From Takakia lepidozioides (Eukaryota > Plantae > Bryophyta), in NCBI GenBank assembly GCA_030704615.1, contig CM060732.1, positions 53,444,001 to 53,508,000 of the forward strand: DNA of 64,000 nucleotides, given 5' to 3'. A model generated the notes under the pieces. It saw only the letters and a program-made list of their open reading frames with translations. It did no database searches and had not been told where the DNA came from. A program made the translations under genes and the position numbers. This document shows positions 62,700 through 64,000 of the stretch, one piece after another (the first letter of the stretch is position 1; each line of letters starts with the position of its first letter).

Positions 62700-64000
62700 T
62701 CAGGAGTGCATTCGAAAGTCTCGAGACGAAGGACCTCTTTGTGGGTTGTGTTTACATGCCCACAGAGGGACGCTTCTGATGCAGACAAAGCCTTCGAAGA
62801 TGTAAAGCTGGACTGTGCTTCGTTCCTTGCCAAAGGTCAGGTGGTGCTATTGGGTGACTTCAATGCCCGGGTGGCAAAGGGCCCATCAGGACGATATCAT
62901 TGGACCTTTTGGTGAGGACGAACTGAATTCTAATGGCAGACGGTTAATTAACTGTCTAGAAGATCTTCAGCTTTTGACCTTGAATAACAGGACAAGAGGT
63001 GACCAAGTGCAGTGGACTCGTGAGAAATCCCAAACTGGGGAACGTTCCATTGTGGATTATATCATAATGGACAAAAATTTGTTCCCCCAGTGTGCCAATG
63101 TGTTGATCGACAGAACTGATATTGGTACCTCTGACCATTTCCTGGTTTGGAATGAGATCAAAAGGTGTTTTCCCAACACCAAGAGATATGTGAAACATTC
63201 GATTCGGAAGTGGCGCATAGAAAAACTCCATAATGAGGAGGTCAAGGCTGAGTATGTCCAGCCCTTGCAAGAGGCTCTCCCTCATTTTGTCCAATCGCTC
63301 CAAGAACTTCAGTCTCGCTCTGATAACGCAAAATGAAGTCGAAAGAGCAGGGGACTCTTGGGAGTTTCGTTTCCTCCGTGGTTGACAAGATCATTGGGAT
63401 GAAACTAATTGTCTATGGTAGAGCTGTTAATTGGTGGACCAATGAGATTAAACTCAAGATAGCTGAGAGACGAGCCCTCTATAAAGAGTGCTGCAATTTG
63501 GAAACCAACAAGAATTGTGGGCGAGGTACTACCACCTCCGTAAAGATATCAAACAGCTTGTCTCAGAAGAAATTATACTGGGACAAGTTATACAGTGAAA
63601 TAAACTCAAACCACCATGGTGGTAATGACAAGAAATTCTGGTTGGCCCTTCAACATTTGTACAAGCCGAAAAACGGTCAGCAAGTACAAGCGCTGAAGAC
63701 TACTAAAGGTGCAGTGGTGACTTCATCGGTTGACATTGTCAAAACCTTTGAAACTCACTACAGTATCCTTGGCATAACTTCTAGGTCTAACAGTGAGGGG
63801 TCTTCTACTGAATGGAGGGACACAGTTGGAAAAACTGTTCCTATGATGCAAAACAGCCCTGATGAACTGGAGTATATTTCAATGGCTTATAACGCTCCCA
63901 TTAGTCCTTCTGAGATTGTGGAAGCAATTGAACATTTAAATGGATATAAAGCTGGTGGACCTGATGGTATTGTCAACGAGCTTATCAAGCACGGTGGCGA
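62700..64000 (+). mobile_element. Non-L1 LINE ORF2: APE endonuclease and linker running into RT (continues beyond the window), frameshifted
   Basis: VVLLGDFNARV, NSNGRRL, SIVDYII, SDHFLV, KKFW, KAGGPDGIVNELIKHGG; same family as 61030-62692. Confidence 0.88.

Overview
Eukaryotic nuclear DNA from a non-vascular land plant (bryophyte grade, inferred from a moss-type LHCSR, plant U6 USE/TATA promoter, telo-boxes, PLS-class PPR fragments and GT-AG introns). Apparently intact genes: NOC4 (runs off the left edge), LHCSR, U6 snRNA, adenylosuccinate synthetase, SCC4/MAU2, petM and a 9-exon hypothetical gene that needs a 7-nt microexon. Pseudogenes or fragments: SCC4 exons, a 2-alkenal reductase, a tandem purA duplicate and an ABCC transporter NBD. 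Mobile DNA: many L1 pieces, a non-L1 LINE family with (CT)n tails, a tRNA-derived SINE and two CACTA elements. Three observations stand out. (1) A complete 6.4-kb non-autonomous CACTA (29-bp TIRs, TAT target duplication) carries captured, internally amplified exons for OSB-type WWDNR..PDF motifs plus PLS-E PPR motifs. (2) A second CACTA has a TnpA-like gene with an FCP1/NIF-like phosphatase domain between its two En/Spm domains. (3) Seven divergent L1 3' ends share a covarying stem that closes a U-rich loop just before the poly(A) tail, an ENE-like candidate. All family calls come from reading the sequence by eye; no database searches were run, and remnant boundaries are approximate.
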